Positions 39,239-49,900 of a stretch of 64,000 bases of DNA are shown here, piece after piece. Below the pieces are notes generated by a model. That model had not been told where the DNA came from and did no database searches. It saw only the letters and a program-made list of their open reading frames with translations. Position numbers and translations under genes: made by a program. The DNA comes from Macrostomum lignano (lineage: Eukaryota): positions 1-64,000 of the forward strand of contig NIVC01002836.1 of assembly GCA_002269645.1 (NCBI GenBank). The letters are read 5' to 3'. Every line of letters starts with the position of its first letter. The stretch's first letter is position 1.

Positions 39239-40244
39239 ATTCAGTTATCTATACAAGATGTTTTCTACTTATATATATTCATTTTGTTTTAATAATATGA
39301 CAAGCATGACATCTAAATACACTAAATATCTAAGGTTTGTATGTTTGCTTGTCCATAATCTATATACTAATTTTTCATTGTTTGTCTGTCTGTCATTGAT
39401 TTTTTCAAGAACCATTTGGCAATTTTTTTTAAATTAGCTTTACAAAAATTGCTAATTTTCAGCAACATATAAAGTTTTAATGAAAAATTCAAATTAAAAG
39501 TGGGTCAAATATTTAAAAAAAAATGTATCCTTTCTATGTTTGAATTTTTCATTTGAATACCCCCATGAAGGATTAATGTGCTAGTATACCCTAAGTCCTT
39601 AATTGTAGCATATGGGCATTTAGCAAATAGCATCTAGTGTAGATCAACCCAGTGACAGTGTAGTGGGATATAGGCAAATTTGGTAATAAACAAATTTGGT
39701 AATAAAAATTTAATATAGACAAATTTAGCAAAAGCAAATTCAACAATAATCTAAGCAAATTAGGTGACAAGTCTTCTATATAGCTAAAGTTAAAACAAAT
39801 TATATATTTAAGGTATTCTTTAAATGCTTAAATGCTTCTTTAAACTCCATTTTCTCTAAAATTTCACTTTATATTTTATGTCTAATTTTATAAAGCTATT
39901 GCTATCGTTCATTGGACATTGCCATTTCAAGAATAAACAAATATTTCTTGGAAGGCACAAGCTCAATACAAAGGGAAAGTTAATATATTAAGGTTTTTAT
40001 ATTTTGCAAAACTTTTAAAATTAGAAAATTCAAATATTTCTATAAATGATATCTAGTGAGGCCTTAAAAAATTTATAGTGTACAAAACTAAAATTTTGTA
40101 CTATCGGACATGTGGCTTACCTATTTTATAAGCCTAAAATTGTATAAAACAATTGATCTTATAATATCTTATAATTTGTACATCTTTCTTATATGGCTAT
40201 TTCAGCTTGTAATTAATAAAATAATACTGCTTACATAAACAACA

Positions 40245-43200
40245 ATGACTGAGGAAACTATTTTGTTCCACTTCTATGCAAAGAGGGCCTTGTCTGGTAA
40301 GAATTTATCTATTTTTTCTCAAGCTCTTTTTTTGTCTTCAGTATTTTAACTGTTTAAATTTTCATTACAGACATAGAGCTTCTCAACCTAGCTGCCAATG
40401 GCATGAAAGAGGACAAATCCAAAGTGAAATGCCTATTCTCTGGCCCAGCTGGCAATGACCTGCAGCTGTCTGTGTTTTCCAACAATGACAACAAGTAATA
40501 CTCATTTTATATGCATTCTGATCTGCTATTTATACATATTGTGACTCGAATACAGAGGGAAATCTGGAAAGAAACAGAATGGGAGTGGAAGAGGGCGGGT
40601 GGAAGACAGTGGGAGAGGGTGGAAGACAGTGGGAGAGGGTGGAAGACAGTGGGAGAGGGTGGAAGATAGTGGGAGAGGGTGGAAGACAGTGGGAGAGGGT
40701 GGAAGACAGTGGGAGAGGGTGGAAGATAGTGGGAGAGGGTGGAAGACAGTGGGAGAGGGTGGAAGATAGTGGGAGAGGGTGGAAGACAGTGGGAGAGGGT
40801 GGAAGATAGTGGGAGAGGGTGGAAGACAGTGGGAGAGGGTGGAAGATAGTGGGAGAGGGTGGAAGATAGTGGGAGAGGGTGGAAGATAGTGGGAGAGGGT
40901 GGAAGATAGTGGGAGAGGGTGGAAGATAGTGGGAGAGGGTGGAAGACACTGGGAGAGGGTGGAAGGCAGTGGGAGAGGGTGGAAGGCAGTAGGAGAGGGT
41001 GAAAGATAATTGGAGAGCGTGGGGTAGAAACCTGACACCATTATACTTATAGCAACTAATTTACAAATTACAATTGTTCCAGGGTGCTCAACATTCGCAA
41101 CTACGAAAGCCAGAAGCTGTACATGTTTGACATTCTGGTGATGCGAAGCCGCGTTAAGGTTGATCTTGTGGTGAGCAGTGATTCGTCAGGAACTTTGTAA
41201 TATATCACTTAGAAACTGTCTAGAGGCTAACTATTGAGTCCTAAATTATTACAAAGCCCTTTTATATTTACAGTATATCCGACATGTCGAAGAGGGAATT
41301 AAGAAATTTCTTACTAGCATCGACGCCTTTGATCGGATGTACTGGTGAGGTTTATGATGCACTTTTAATACAGTGTTACACTTCTGAAATTTGTACAGAA
41401 AACTTACAGCAAGACAAGACAAAAATATTGCCACCAGTTTATTAGACAGAGCCAATCGTTGTACATTAAAATATACTTCTAGGCGTGCAGTCTGATTCGA
41501 TTTTCAAGCAAAGTCAGTCATGCATTTACAATTTTGGCTTGTCCAAGTCTTAAGATATCATGGCTGCTCTTAAAGCTATTTCTATGGCCCAACCGTAAAA
41601 GTATCTCAAAAAAGCCAGCTAACAAATGGTGGCTAAACCAAGGACAACTTGATAACCTTAAAGTTGTCCTTGGGCTATACTAGGCGGCCTGAATACTCTT
41701 TGATTTAGCATGCAGTTGTCTATGGCCAAAGCTCATTTACGCCATAGATTTACGTACATTATTTCCAATAGCTGCATATCAGTTGTGTGGCTTGCCCCAG
41801 ATTTCTTGAATGAAGCCTTGGTTCTTCTAAACCTAATGAGGTTCGCTGTCCTGAGCAGCAGAGCGCGTTTGACTCTACCCTCGATTTGTTGTTGGCAAGA
41901 GGAGGGCGTCTAGCGCTCGCTAATCGCGGCTACAGGTCAAAAGGGCGACAGATAAAAAAAGCGACAGTCAAAAGGGCAACAGTCAATACATGTGTTGGTA
42001 TTACAAGTTCATAATGTATTGGAATTGTATATTTGTTAATAGGCCTACGCCACAACTTAGAGACTACGTCACTACGCCACAATACTGTGACTGTGGTGGT
42101 GATTCCCGGCCAGACTAGTCCGGGGGCGCGTCTGCGCCCCTATCCTCCGGAGGTAGTCGAGCACGCGGGGTCCATCGTCGGAGATTGTGGACAGCGCTAG
42201 GTGTGATCCAAAGACCTCCGCCCGGGCGTCGGCGTGGGCCCGGCAGTCCAGATTCAGGTGTCTGAGGTCTTCCTCGGTGGCACCGCAGGCTGTGCATGTG
42301 GCGGAGGGCTCCAAGCCAATGCGGTGGCGGTATTTGCGGAGGCGGGGGCAGTGGCCAGTCCTGAGCTGGGCCAGAGTCACTTGGGCTTTACGCCCGAAGG
42401 CTGAGGGTAAGCGTCCGGGTCGCCTCCCGCCTGTCGCCGTCCTGTGGGTCGCGCAGTGGTCGTCGTTGGCGTAGGTTTGGCCGAAGTCTGTCGTTGTCAA
42501 AGCTGCGATAGCCGAGCGGGCGCTGCGGAAGTCCAGCGGGGCGTCCGCCTGGGGCAGCCGCGCCGCGTCGCGCGCGGTGGCGTCCGCCGAGTCGTTTAGT
42601 CGGAGGTCGCAATGACCGGGGACCCACTGGATCGTGACGTGGTGGTCCGGCGGGGTTTTGCAGAGCATCGACCAGATGTCCCGGCAGCATGGTGAAAGGC
42701 GCTCGATACTGTGACTGTCGTCCTTTTGATCGGTTCCCAGGTCAACTGTCCTGATATGTCTAGATCTGTGCGTGGTCACGGCAAGGGGTCAGAAAAAATC
42801 GATATCATCTGCCTAGTAATTATAGCTGATCACATCCCCAAATTCACGTGAGAATCCTGCCTTAGCGTGGAAAAATTTTCTTATTTGGACTTGAAAATCA
42901 CGTAACAGTGACGTGATTCAAGGTCACATGTCTAATAGTTGTGTGCGCGCAGTCACGTGCTTTTCTGTGCTAAAAATAGAAACAGACGGTGAGTCACGTC
43001 TACTCTCTCACCCTCTGGTTAGACTACTCACTCAATGCGCGATAAAGGAAGTAATGAGGATTCTCAAAAAGGGAAAACCTTTTGACTAGCGACTCGCTAC
43101 ACCAACAATAATGCCATTTATTTCATATTACCAGCATGCTCGGGCCAGTCCGCCGCGGCGAGGCCCTGTGGCGCTACTTTATCACGGCTGACGAGTTCTT

Positions 43201-45485
43201 AGTTGAATTCCATCTCGATCGCCTAGTAGTGGAGAGGCAGACCAAGTATCAGAATGTGAAGATCTTCTGGAGCGAAGCGCACGGTCACGTGTTGTTTCTA
43301 GACGAGGATGTCATGCTGGCCGAGAAGGATCAGGAGCCCTACACCCGGGTTCTGCTGGGCTTGGAGACTGGCAAGCCGGCTAGGAACTGCTACGCCGACA
43401 AGGAGATCCTCATTCTCGGTGGCGGCGACGGCGGTGTCATCTGTGAGCTGCTGAAACAGCAGCCTCGCATGGTCACCATGGTGGAGATTGACAGCGAAGT
43501 GGTGCAACTCTGCGCCAAATACATGCGGGGCGCCTGCGAGGATGCGCTGGACACCCTGGAGGGGCCCAACAAGAAGGTGAGGACCGCATTGAGTCCGTTT
43601 CTGTTGTGTCCTTTCTCACCTGTCTCTCCTCACCTGTCTCTCCTCACCTGTCTCTCCTCACCTGTCTTTCCTCACCTGTCTCTTCTCACCTGTCTCTCAC
43701 CTGTCTCTCACCTGTCTCTTCTCAACTGTCTCTCACCTGTCTCTTCTCACCTGTCTCTTCTCACCTGTCTCTTCTCACTTGTCTCTCCTCACCTGTCTCT
43801 TCTTACCTGTCTTTTCTCACCTATCTCTTTTCACCTGCCCCTCACCTGTCTCTTCTCACCTGTCTCTCACCTGTCTGTCCTCACCTGTCTCTCCTCACCT
43901 GTCTGTCCTCACCTGTCTCTCCTCACCTGTCTCTTCTTACCTGTCTTTTCTCACCTATCTCTTTTCACCTGTCTCTTCTCACCTGTCTCACCTGTCTCTC
44001 GTTCCCTGTGAAGTTTCACAATTTGTTGAAAAAGGTCACTGAATTTGGCCATTGTCAAACTAGCTTTTCAAGCAAACCCTTTCTACTATGGCCTAAATTA
44101 TCACAGATAATCATTGGAGACTGCCTGGACCACCTGCACGAGTGCATTCAATCCGGCAAGAAGTACGACTACATTATTAACGACCTGACTGAGTTCATGA
44201 TTAACAAGGAGGAGCGCGGATGGAACTACGACTTTGCTACGGATAATAGTCAGGTAACTTTTCTATTCCCAACCTGTGAGATTTCGTGTGGTCATTACCT
44301 GTGAGATTTTGTAATCAGTATCTGTGAGATTTTGTAGCCACTATCTGTGAGATTTTGTAGCCACTATCTGTGAGATTTTGTAACCACTATCTGTGAGATT
44401 TTGTAGCCACTATCTGTGAGATTTTGTAACCACTATCTGTGAGATTTTGTAGCCACTATCTGTGAGATTTTGTAACCACTATCTGTGAGATTTTGTAGCC
44501 ACTATCTGTGAGATTTTGTAGCTACTATCTGTGAGATTTTGTAGCCACTATCTGTGAGATTTTGTAACCACTATCTGTGAGATTTTGTAACCACTATCTG
44601 TGAGATTTTGTAGCTACTATCTGTGAGATTTTGTAGCCACTATCTGTGAGATTTTATAGCCACTATCTGTGAGATTTTGTAGCTACTATGTGAGATTTTG
44701 TAGCCACTATCTGTGAGATTTTGTAGCCACTATCTGTGAGATTTTGTAGCCACTATCTGTGAGATTTTGTAGCCACTATCTGTGAGATTTTGTAGCCACT
44801 ATCTGTGAGATTTTGTAGCCACTATCTGTGAGATTTTGTAGCCACTATCTGTGAGATTTTGTAGCCACTATCTGTGAGATTTTGTAGCCACTATCTGTGA
44901 GATTTTGTAGCCACTATCTGTGAGATTTTGTAGCCACTATCTGTGAGATTTTGTAGCCACTATCTGTGAGATTTTGTAGCCACTATCTGTGGGATTTTGT
45001 AGCCACTATCTGTGAGATTTTGTAGCCACTATCTGTGAGATTTTGTAGCCACTATCTGTGAGATTTTGTAGCCACTATCTGTGAGATTTTGTAGCCACTA
45101 TCTGTGAGATTTTGTAGCCACTATCTGTGAGATTTTGTAGCCACTATCTGTGAGATTTTGTAGCCACTATCTGTGAGATTTTGTAACCACTATCTGTGAG
45201 ACTGTTGTTTTATCTGTGAAACTTTGTTGTCTTAAAATCTCTGAGATTTTATGCTCCTAATGTGAGACTTTAAATGGCATCAATTTCCAGATGATGGAGA
45301 TCTCGCTAAAGGCTCTGAAGCCCGACGGCTGCTTCATCCTGCGCGGCGGCTCGCTTCACTTCAAGAAGTTCTGGGGCCGCTTCGAGGAAGACTGCCGCAA
45401 GCTCGGCCTGCAGTTCAGGGTGTACGACAACTTCGTGCCCGGTTTTTACGAAATCTACCGGTTCTACGAGGTTCGCTTCGCCTAA
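40245..45485 (+). CDS. SMS: Spermine synthase-like aminopropyltransferase, 367 aa
   Basis: Exons 40245-40296, 40371-40494, 41083-41170, 41491-41546 (weak donor, least certain), 43135-43576, 44107-44253 and 45291-45485 total 1104 nt. Motifs: RYFITADEFLVEF, YQNVKI, LILGGGDGG, MVEID, YIINDLT, VPGFYE. Length is close to vertebrate SMS (366 aa). Confidence 0.88.
40590..41000. repeat. 20-bp G-rich minisatellite, SMS intron 2
   Basis: GGGAGAGGGTGGAAGA(C/T)AGT, about 20 copies. Confidence 0.97.
41928..42738. mobile_element. Short Mutator-like MITE (about 190 bp) interrupted by the LINE fragment
   Basis: 24-nt imperfect inverted termini GGCTACAGGTCAAAAGGGCGACAG vs reverse complement GGGAACCGATCAAAAGGACGACAG. 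No TSD recognised. Confidence 0.45.
42095..42705 (-). mobile_element. 5'-truncated non-LTR retrotransposon (RNase H C-terminus plus zinc finger; I/Loa/R1-type group)
   Basis: Peptide IQWVPGHCDLRLNDSADATAR...QLRTGHC...CTACGATEEDLRHLNLDC. 13-bp TSD ATACTGTGACTGT at 42082-42094 and 42706-42718. GC-rich island in an AT-rich intron. Confidence 0.88.
42844..43000. promoter_or_regulatory. E-box/CLEAR/CRE-like motif cluster upstream of SMS exon 5
   Basis: TCACGTGA 42844, TGACGTGA 42909, GTCACATG 42923, GTCACGTG 42952, GTCACGTC 42993. Confidence 0.4.
43610..44005. repeat. CTCACCTGTCT-based pyrimidine-rich repeat, SMS intron 5
   Basis: Degenerate 13-17-bp units centred on CTCACCTG. Confidence 0.93.
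44300..45200. repeat. 23-bp minisatellite, SMS intron 6
   Basis: CTATCTGTGAGATTTTGTAGCCA, about 39 copies. Confidence 0.98.
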
Positions 45486-46154
45486 TCCGGTCAAACAGGG
45501 CTGGCAATGATTAGCGATGGCCTCTACTTATTAGATGACGAGGCGTTTTACTATGTAAAAGCTGAGCATAGTTGCTCCAGCCGTTTTCCTAGCTGTGCAA
45601 GTTTTTTTTATATAGCCATCTTTATGAGCATAGCTTTCTGAAATTTCGCGACTTCAATTGGTCGTTCCCACGTTCCAAATCAAGTGTGAATGTCGGCAAT
45701 AATGCTGATTAGCGATTAAGTTTATTAGGATGAGTTTTTTACGGAGCCATTTCAACAGCCTACCTAGATAATATTGCGCTTTTTAGTTTTTTTGAAAAAA
45801 TAGTATCAATAGTCGCATTATGCTACTAATTTTTTCTCAGTAGCATTGTTTGCGTTTATTGTTATTCTTTTTAAATATGGATTTGTTTAATTCAGTACAT
45901 CGAATCCAGATAACTGATCATTTTTAATAGCTTCATTTCCACACATTTTGAACTGCATCTTCACCTATAGCCTGTGAAGTCTGTTTAATTTATTAATAAT
46001 TAGCACTTGCCGTATGAATTTGTTACCGTATTCTATAATAGACCATCTCTTTTTAAAATGCGTTTTCAAAATTGGTTGCTTTGGCACCAATAAATTTGAC
46101 TGTAATTTCTGAAAAAGGTTAAATAGTTTTTTTGTTTTTTATACCGCCTATTAA

Positions 46155-46345
46155 AGGTGAGATTCGAACCAAGAACCTTTCATACTGCGCGTCTAAGGTG
46201 AGATTCGAACCAAGGACCTTTTGTACTGCCCGTCTAGGGGTAGGATTCGAACCAAAGACCTTTCGTACTGCCCGTCTAAGGTGAGATTCCAAACCAAGAG
46301 CCTTTCATGCTGGCCGTCTTAGTTGAGATTTGAACCAAGGACCTT
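46155..46345 (-). repeat. 41-bp tandem repeat of a tRNA-3'-half-like unit containing a Pol III B box
   Basis: Reverse strand AGACG(C/G)GCAGTA(T/C)GAAAGGT(T/C)CTTGGTTCGAATCTCACCTT, 4 copies plus a partial. Confidence 0.8.
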
Positions 46346-46750
46346 CTTTCACAAAAGCTAAGGAACGTATTTTTTTCTTTTTGCGCTGTAGTTTTTATCC
46401 CTAACACAAACTAAAGGGGCAGAGGGGAATTTCTCCCATCTGTTTGAGGCGGAGCAGGGCGTCTGTTGTACAATATATCGATTGCTTCTAGGCAAAGGAA
46501 ATGAATGCTTTTCATCGCTTGCTGGGCCCGCTCAAACAGTCGCTAAGCTAAACACTTGACAGACAGGCAGGGAGAAAGGAAGAAAGAGCTGAGACGCGCT
46601 GTATAATAAAAGTTTTCTATAATACCACGGGAGCAATTTGGCTGTTGGCTTGGGCTAGGAGAGAGAGCGCGGCCAGCAACCTCGGAAGGGGGGCCTCCCT
46701 CCGTGAAAATGCAATAACAGCAACCTGCTGAGACTGCAGAGACTGCCTCG

Positions 46751-46780
46751 GTTGTCATGACAACGCGCCAGCCCTATAAA
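46751..46780 (+). promoter_or_regulatory. Palindromic X-box (RFX site) plus TATA upstream of the LRRC74-like gene
   Basis: GTTGTCATGACAAC at 46751-46764 fits the DAF-19/RFX consensus RTHNYYWTRRNRAC. TATAAA at 46775-46780; ATG at 46926. Confidence 0.65.
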
Positions 46781-46925
46781 CCAGTGGGAGGGCAGATGCA
46801 TACCAGACATTGAAAATGGGGAGATTACATGTATAAGCAAGAAGAGACTTGTGAGGATAGCAACAAGTGAAGCTGCATGTTCGGCTGTTGCTTCTACTAT
46901 TTAGCCACACCAATCAGATGCAGAG

Positions 46926-49900
46926 ATGTCTGATCCTACAGCACCAAGCGATGCAGCTGGTGCCGAAGTGTCAATCAGACTCGATCGCTGCTACTTCGAT
47001 GCTCGAGACGACAGCGGCGACAGCTCCGACGGCTGCAGCACAGACCTGGACGTGAGCGGTGCGTGATTATGAGCTTATTAGATATTATTATTAAGATTTG
47101 GTATTGCTCGATTGATAGAAGCTGTCGGCCGGATCTCACACTGTTTGTTGGGTTCTGACAGCTTTGTTGCTTAGCTGAAGAAAGGTTTACGTGTATCCTG
47201 CTTTTACATGTACTTTTGTTCATCCTAAGCAATAGTACGGTGTACATTTTATTGCTGTCAAGGAAGGAACACTATTGCGCGTCCGTGATTTGAAATAGCT
47301 ATAGTTATTCTTTTCTAGAAAGGTTCTGGGCTTTAAAGCATTGATTTTAAAAGAAATTGTCTGCGTCAACTGCTTGTGTAGAATGCTGTTCTCTAACCGA
47401 GTGAAGTAGTACATGTAGCTGAGTGAGGAGGGTGCAGTGAGTCTGAGGAGAGTGAACTGAGTGAGGAGAATGAGAAGTGAGTGAGGCAAGAGAAGTGAGT
47501 GAGGCGAGTGAAGTGAGGTGAGTGAGGCAAGAGAAGTGAGGTGAGTGAGGCAAGAGAAGTGAGTGAGGCGAGTGAAGTGAGTGAGGCGAGTGAAGTGAGT
47601 GAGGTGAGTGAGGCGAGTGAGGCGAGTGAAGTGAGTGAGGCGAGTGAGGTGAGTGAAGAGAGTGAAGTGAGTGAGGCGAGTGAAGAGAGTGAAGTGAGTG
47701 AGGCGAGTGAAGTGAGTGAAGAGAGTGAAGTGAGTGAGGCGAGTGAAGTGATTGAAGAGAGTGAGGTGAGTGAGGCGAGTGAAGTGAGTGAGGCAAGAGA
47801 AGTGAGTGAAGTGAGTGAGGTGAGTGAGGCGAGTGAGGTGAGTGAGGCAAGAGAAGTGAGTGAGGTGAGTGAGGCAAGAGAAGTGAGTGAAGAGAGTGAG
47901 GTGAGTGAGGTGAGTGAGGCGAGTGAAGTGAGTGAGGCAAGAGAAGTGAGTGAAGTGAGTGAGGTGAGTGAGGCGAGTGAGGTGAGTGAGGCAAGAGAAG
48001 TGAGTGAAGAGAGTGAGGTGAGTGAGGCGAGTGAGGTGAGTGAGGCAAGAGAAGTGAGTGAAGTGAGTGAGGCGAGTGAGGTGAGTGAGGCGAGTGAAGT
48101 GAGTGAGGCGAGTGAAGTGAGTGAGGCGAGTGAGGTGAGTGAGGCGAGTGAAGTGAGTGAGGCAAGAGAAGTGAGTGAAGTGAGTGAAGTGAGTGAGGCG
48201 AGTGAAGTGAGTGAGGCGAGTGAAGTGAGTGAGGCGAGTGAAGAGAGTGAAGTGAGTGAGGCGAGTGAAGAGAGTGAAGTGAGTGAGGCGAGTGAAGTGA
48301 GTGAAGAGAGTGAAGTGAGTGAGGCGAGTGAAGTGATTGAAGAGAGTGAGGTGAGTGAGGCGAGTGAAGTGAGTGAGGCAAGAGAAGTGAGTGAAGTGAG
48401 TGAGGTGAGTGAGGCGAGTGAGGTGAGTGAGGCAAGAGAAGTGAGTGAGGTGAGTGAGGCAAGAGAAGTGAGTGAAGAGAGTGAGGTGAGTGAGGTGAGT
48501 GAGGCGAGTGAAGTGAGTGAGGCAAGAGAAGTGAGTGAAGTGAGTGAGGTGAGTGAGGCGAGTGAGGTGAGTGAGGCAAGAGAAGTGAGTGAAGAGAGTG
48601 AGGTGAGTGAGGCGAGTGAGGTGAGTGAGGCAAGAGAAGTGAGTGAAGTGAGTGAGGCGAGTGAGGTGAGTGAGGCGAGTGAAGTGAGTGAGGCGAGTGA
48701 AGTGAGTGAGGCGAGTGAGGTGAGTGAGGCGAGTGAAGTGAGTGAGGCGAGTGAAGTGAGTGAAGAGAGTGAAGTGAGTGAGGCGAGTGAAGTGATTGAA
48801 GAGAGTGAGGTGAGTGAGGCGAGTGAAGTGAGTGAGGCAAGAGAAGTGAGTGAAGTGAGTGAGGTGAGTGAGGCGAGTGAGGTGAGTGAGGCAAGAGAAG
48901 TGAGTGAAGAGAGTGAGGTGAGTGAGGCGAGTGAGGTGAGTGAGGCAAGAGAAGTGAGTGAAGAGAGTGAGGTGAGTGAGGTGAGTGAGGCGAGTGAAGT
49001 GAGTGAGGCAAGAGAAGTGAGTGAAGTGAGTGAGGTGAGTGAGGCGAGTGAGGTGAGTGAGGCAAGAGAAGTGAGTGAAGAGAGTGAGGTGAGTGAGGCG
49101 AGTGAGGTGAGTGAGGCAAGAGAAGTGAGTGAAGAGAGTGAGGTGAGTGAGGTGAGTGAGGCGAGTGAAGTGAGTGAGGCAAGAGAAGTGAGTGAAGTGA
49201 GTGAGGTGAGTGAGGCGAGTGAGGTGAGTGAGGCAAGAGAAGTGAGTGAAGAGAGTGAGGTGAGTGAGGCGAGTGAGGTGAGTGAGGCAAGAGAAGTGAG
49301 TGAAGTGAGTGAGGCGAGTGAGGTGAGTGAGGCGAGTGAAGTGAGTGAGGCGAGTGAAGTGAGTGAGGCGAGTGAGGTGAGTGAGGCGAGTGAAGTGAGT
49401 GAGGCAAGAGAAGTGAGTGAAGTGAGTGAAGTGAGTGAGGCGAGTGAAGTGAGTGAGGCGAGTGAAGTGAGTGAGGCGAGTGAAGAGAGTGAAGTGAGTG
49501 AGGCGAGTGAAGAGAGTGAAGTGAGTGAGGCGAGTGAAGTGAGTGAGGCAAGAGAAGTGAGTGAAGTGAGTGAAGTGAGTGAGGCGAGTGAAGTGAGTGA
49601 GGCGAGTGAAGTGAGTGAGGCAAGAGAAGTGAGTGAGGCAAGTGAGGTGAGTGAGGCGAGTGAAGTGAGTGAAGTGAGTGAGGCAAGAGAAGTGAGTGAG
49701 GTGAGTGAGGCGAGTGAAGCACATTAATAAACATGCATGTACAACTAAGCGACTCAATCACTGGCAGTGGAGGTGGCTGAAGCTGAGCAGCCGTCGGCGC
49801 GGCTGTCTCGAGAGCGCATGAGTCGCCGGCTGCACACCGAGCGCGGCCTGACGCGCAGCCAGACAGTCTACGCGGTGCTGTGCAACAGTGTCGGCGACGA

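Noticed and set aside
42095-42705. Bacterial contamination or horizontal transfer suggested by high GC
   Set aside because: RNase H and zinc-finger motifs plus a TSD identify a eukaryotic non-LTR retrotransposon fragment.
42072-42779. Complete 235-aa retroelement or host protein ORF
   Set aside because: Both ends of the ORF lie outside the 13-bp TSDs; only 42095-42705 is element-derived and it lacks RT.
47220-49761. Three 700-845 aa ORFs (SEV/SEA, HSP, THF repeats)
   Set aside because: They are translations of a stop-free 9-bp satellite inside a phase-consistent intron and show no protein-like complexity.
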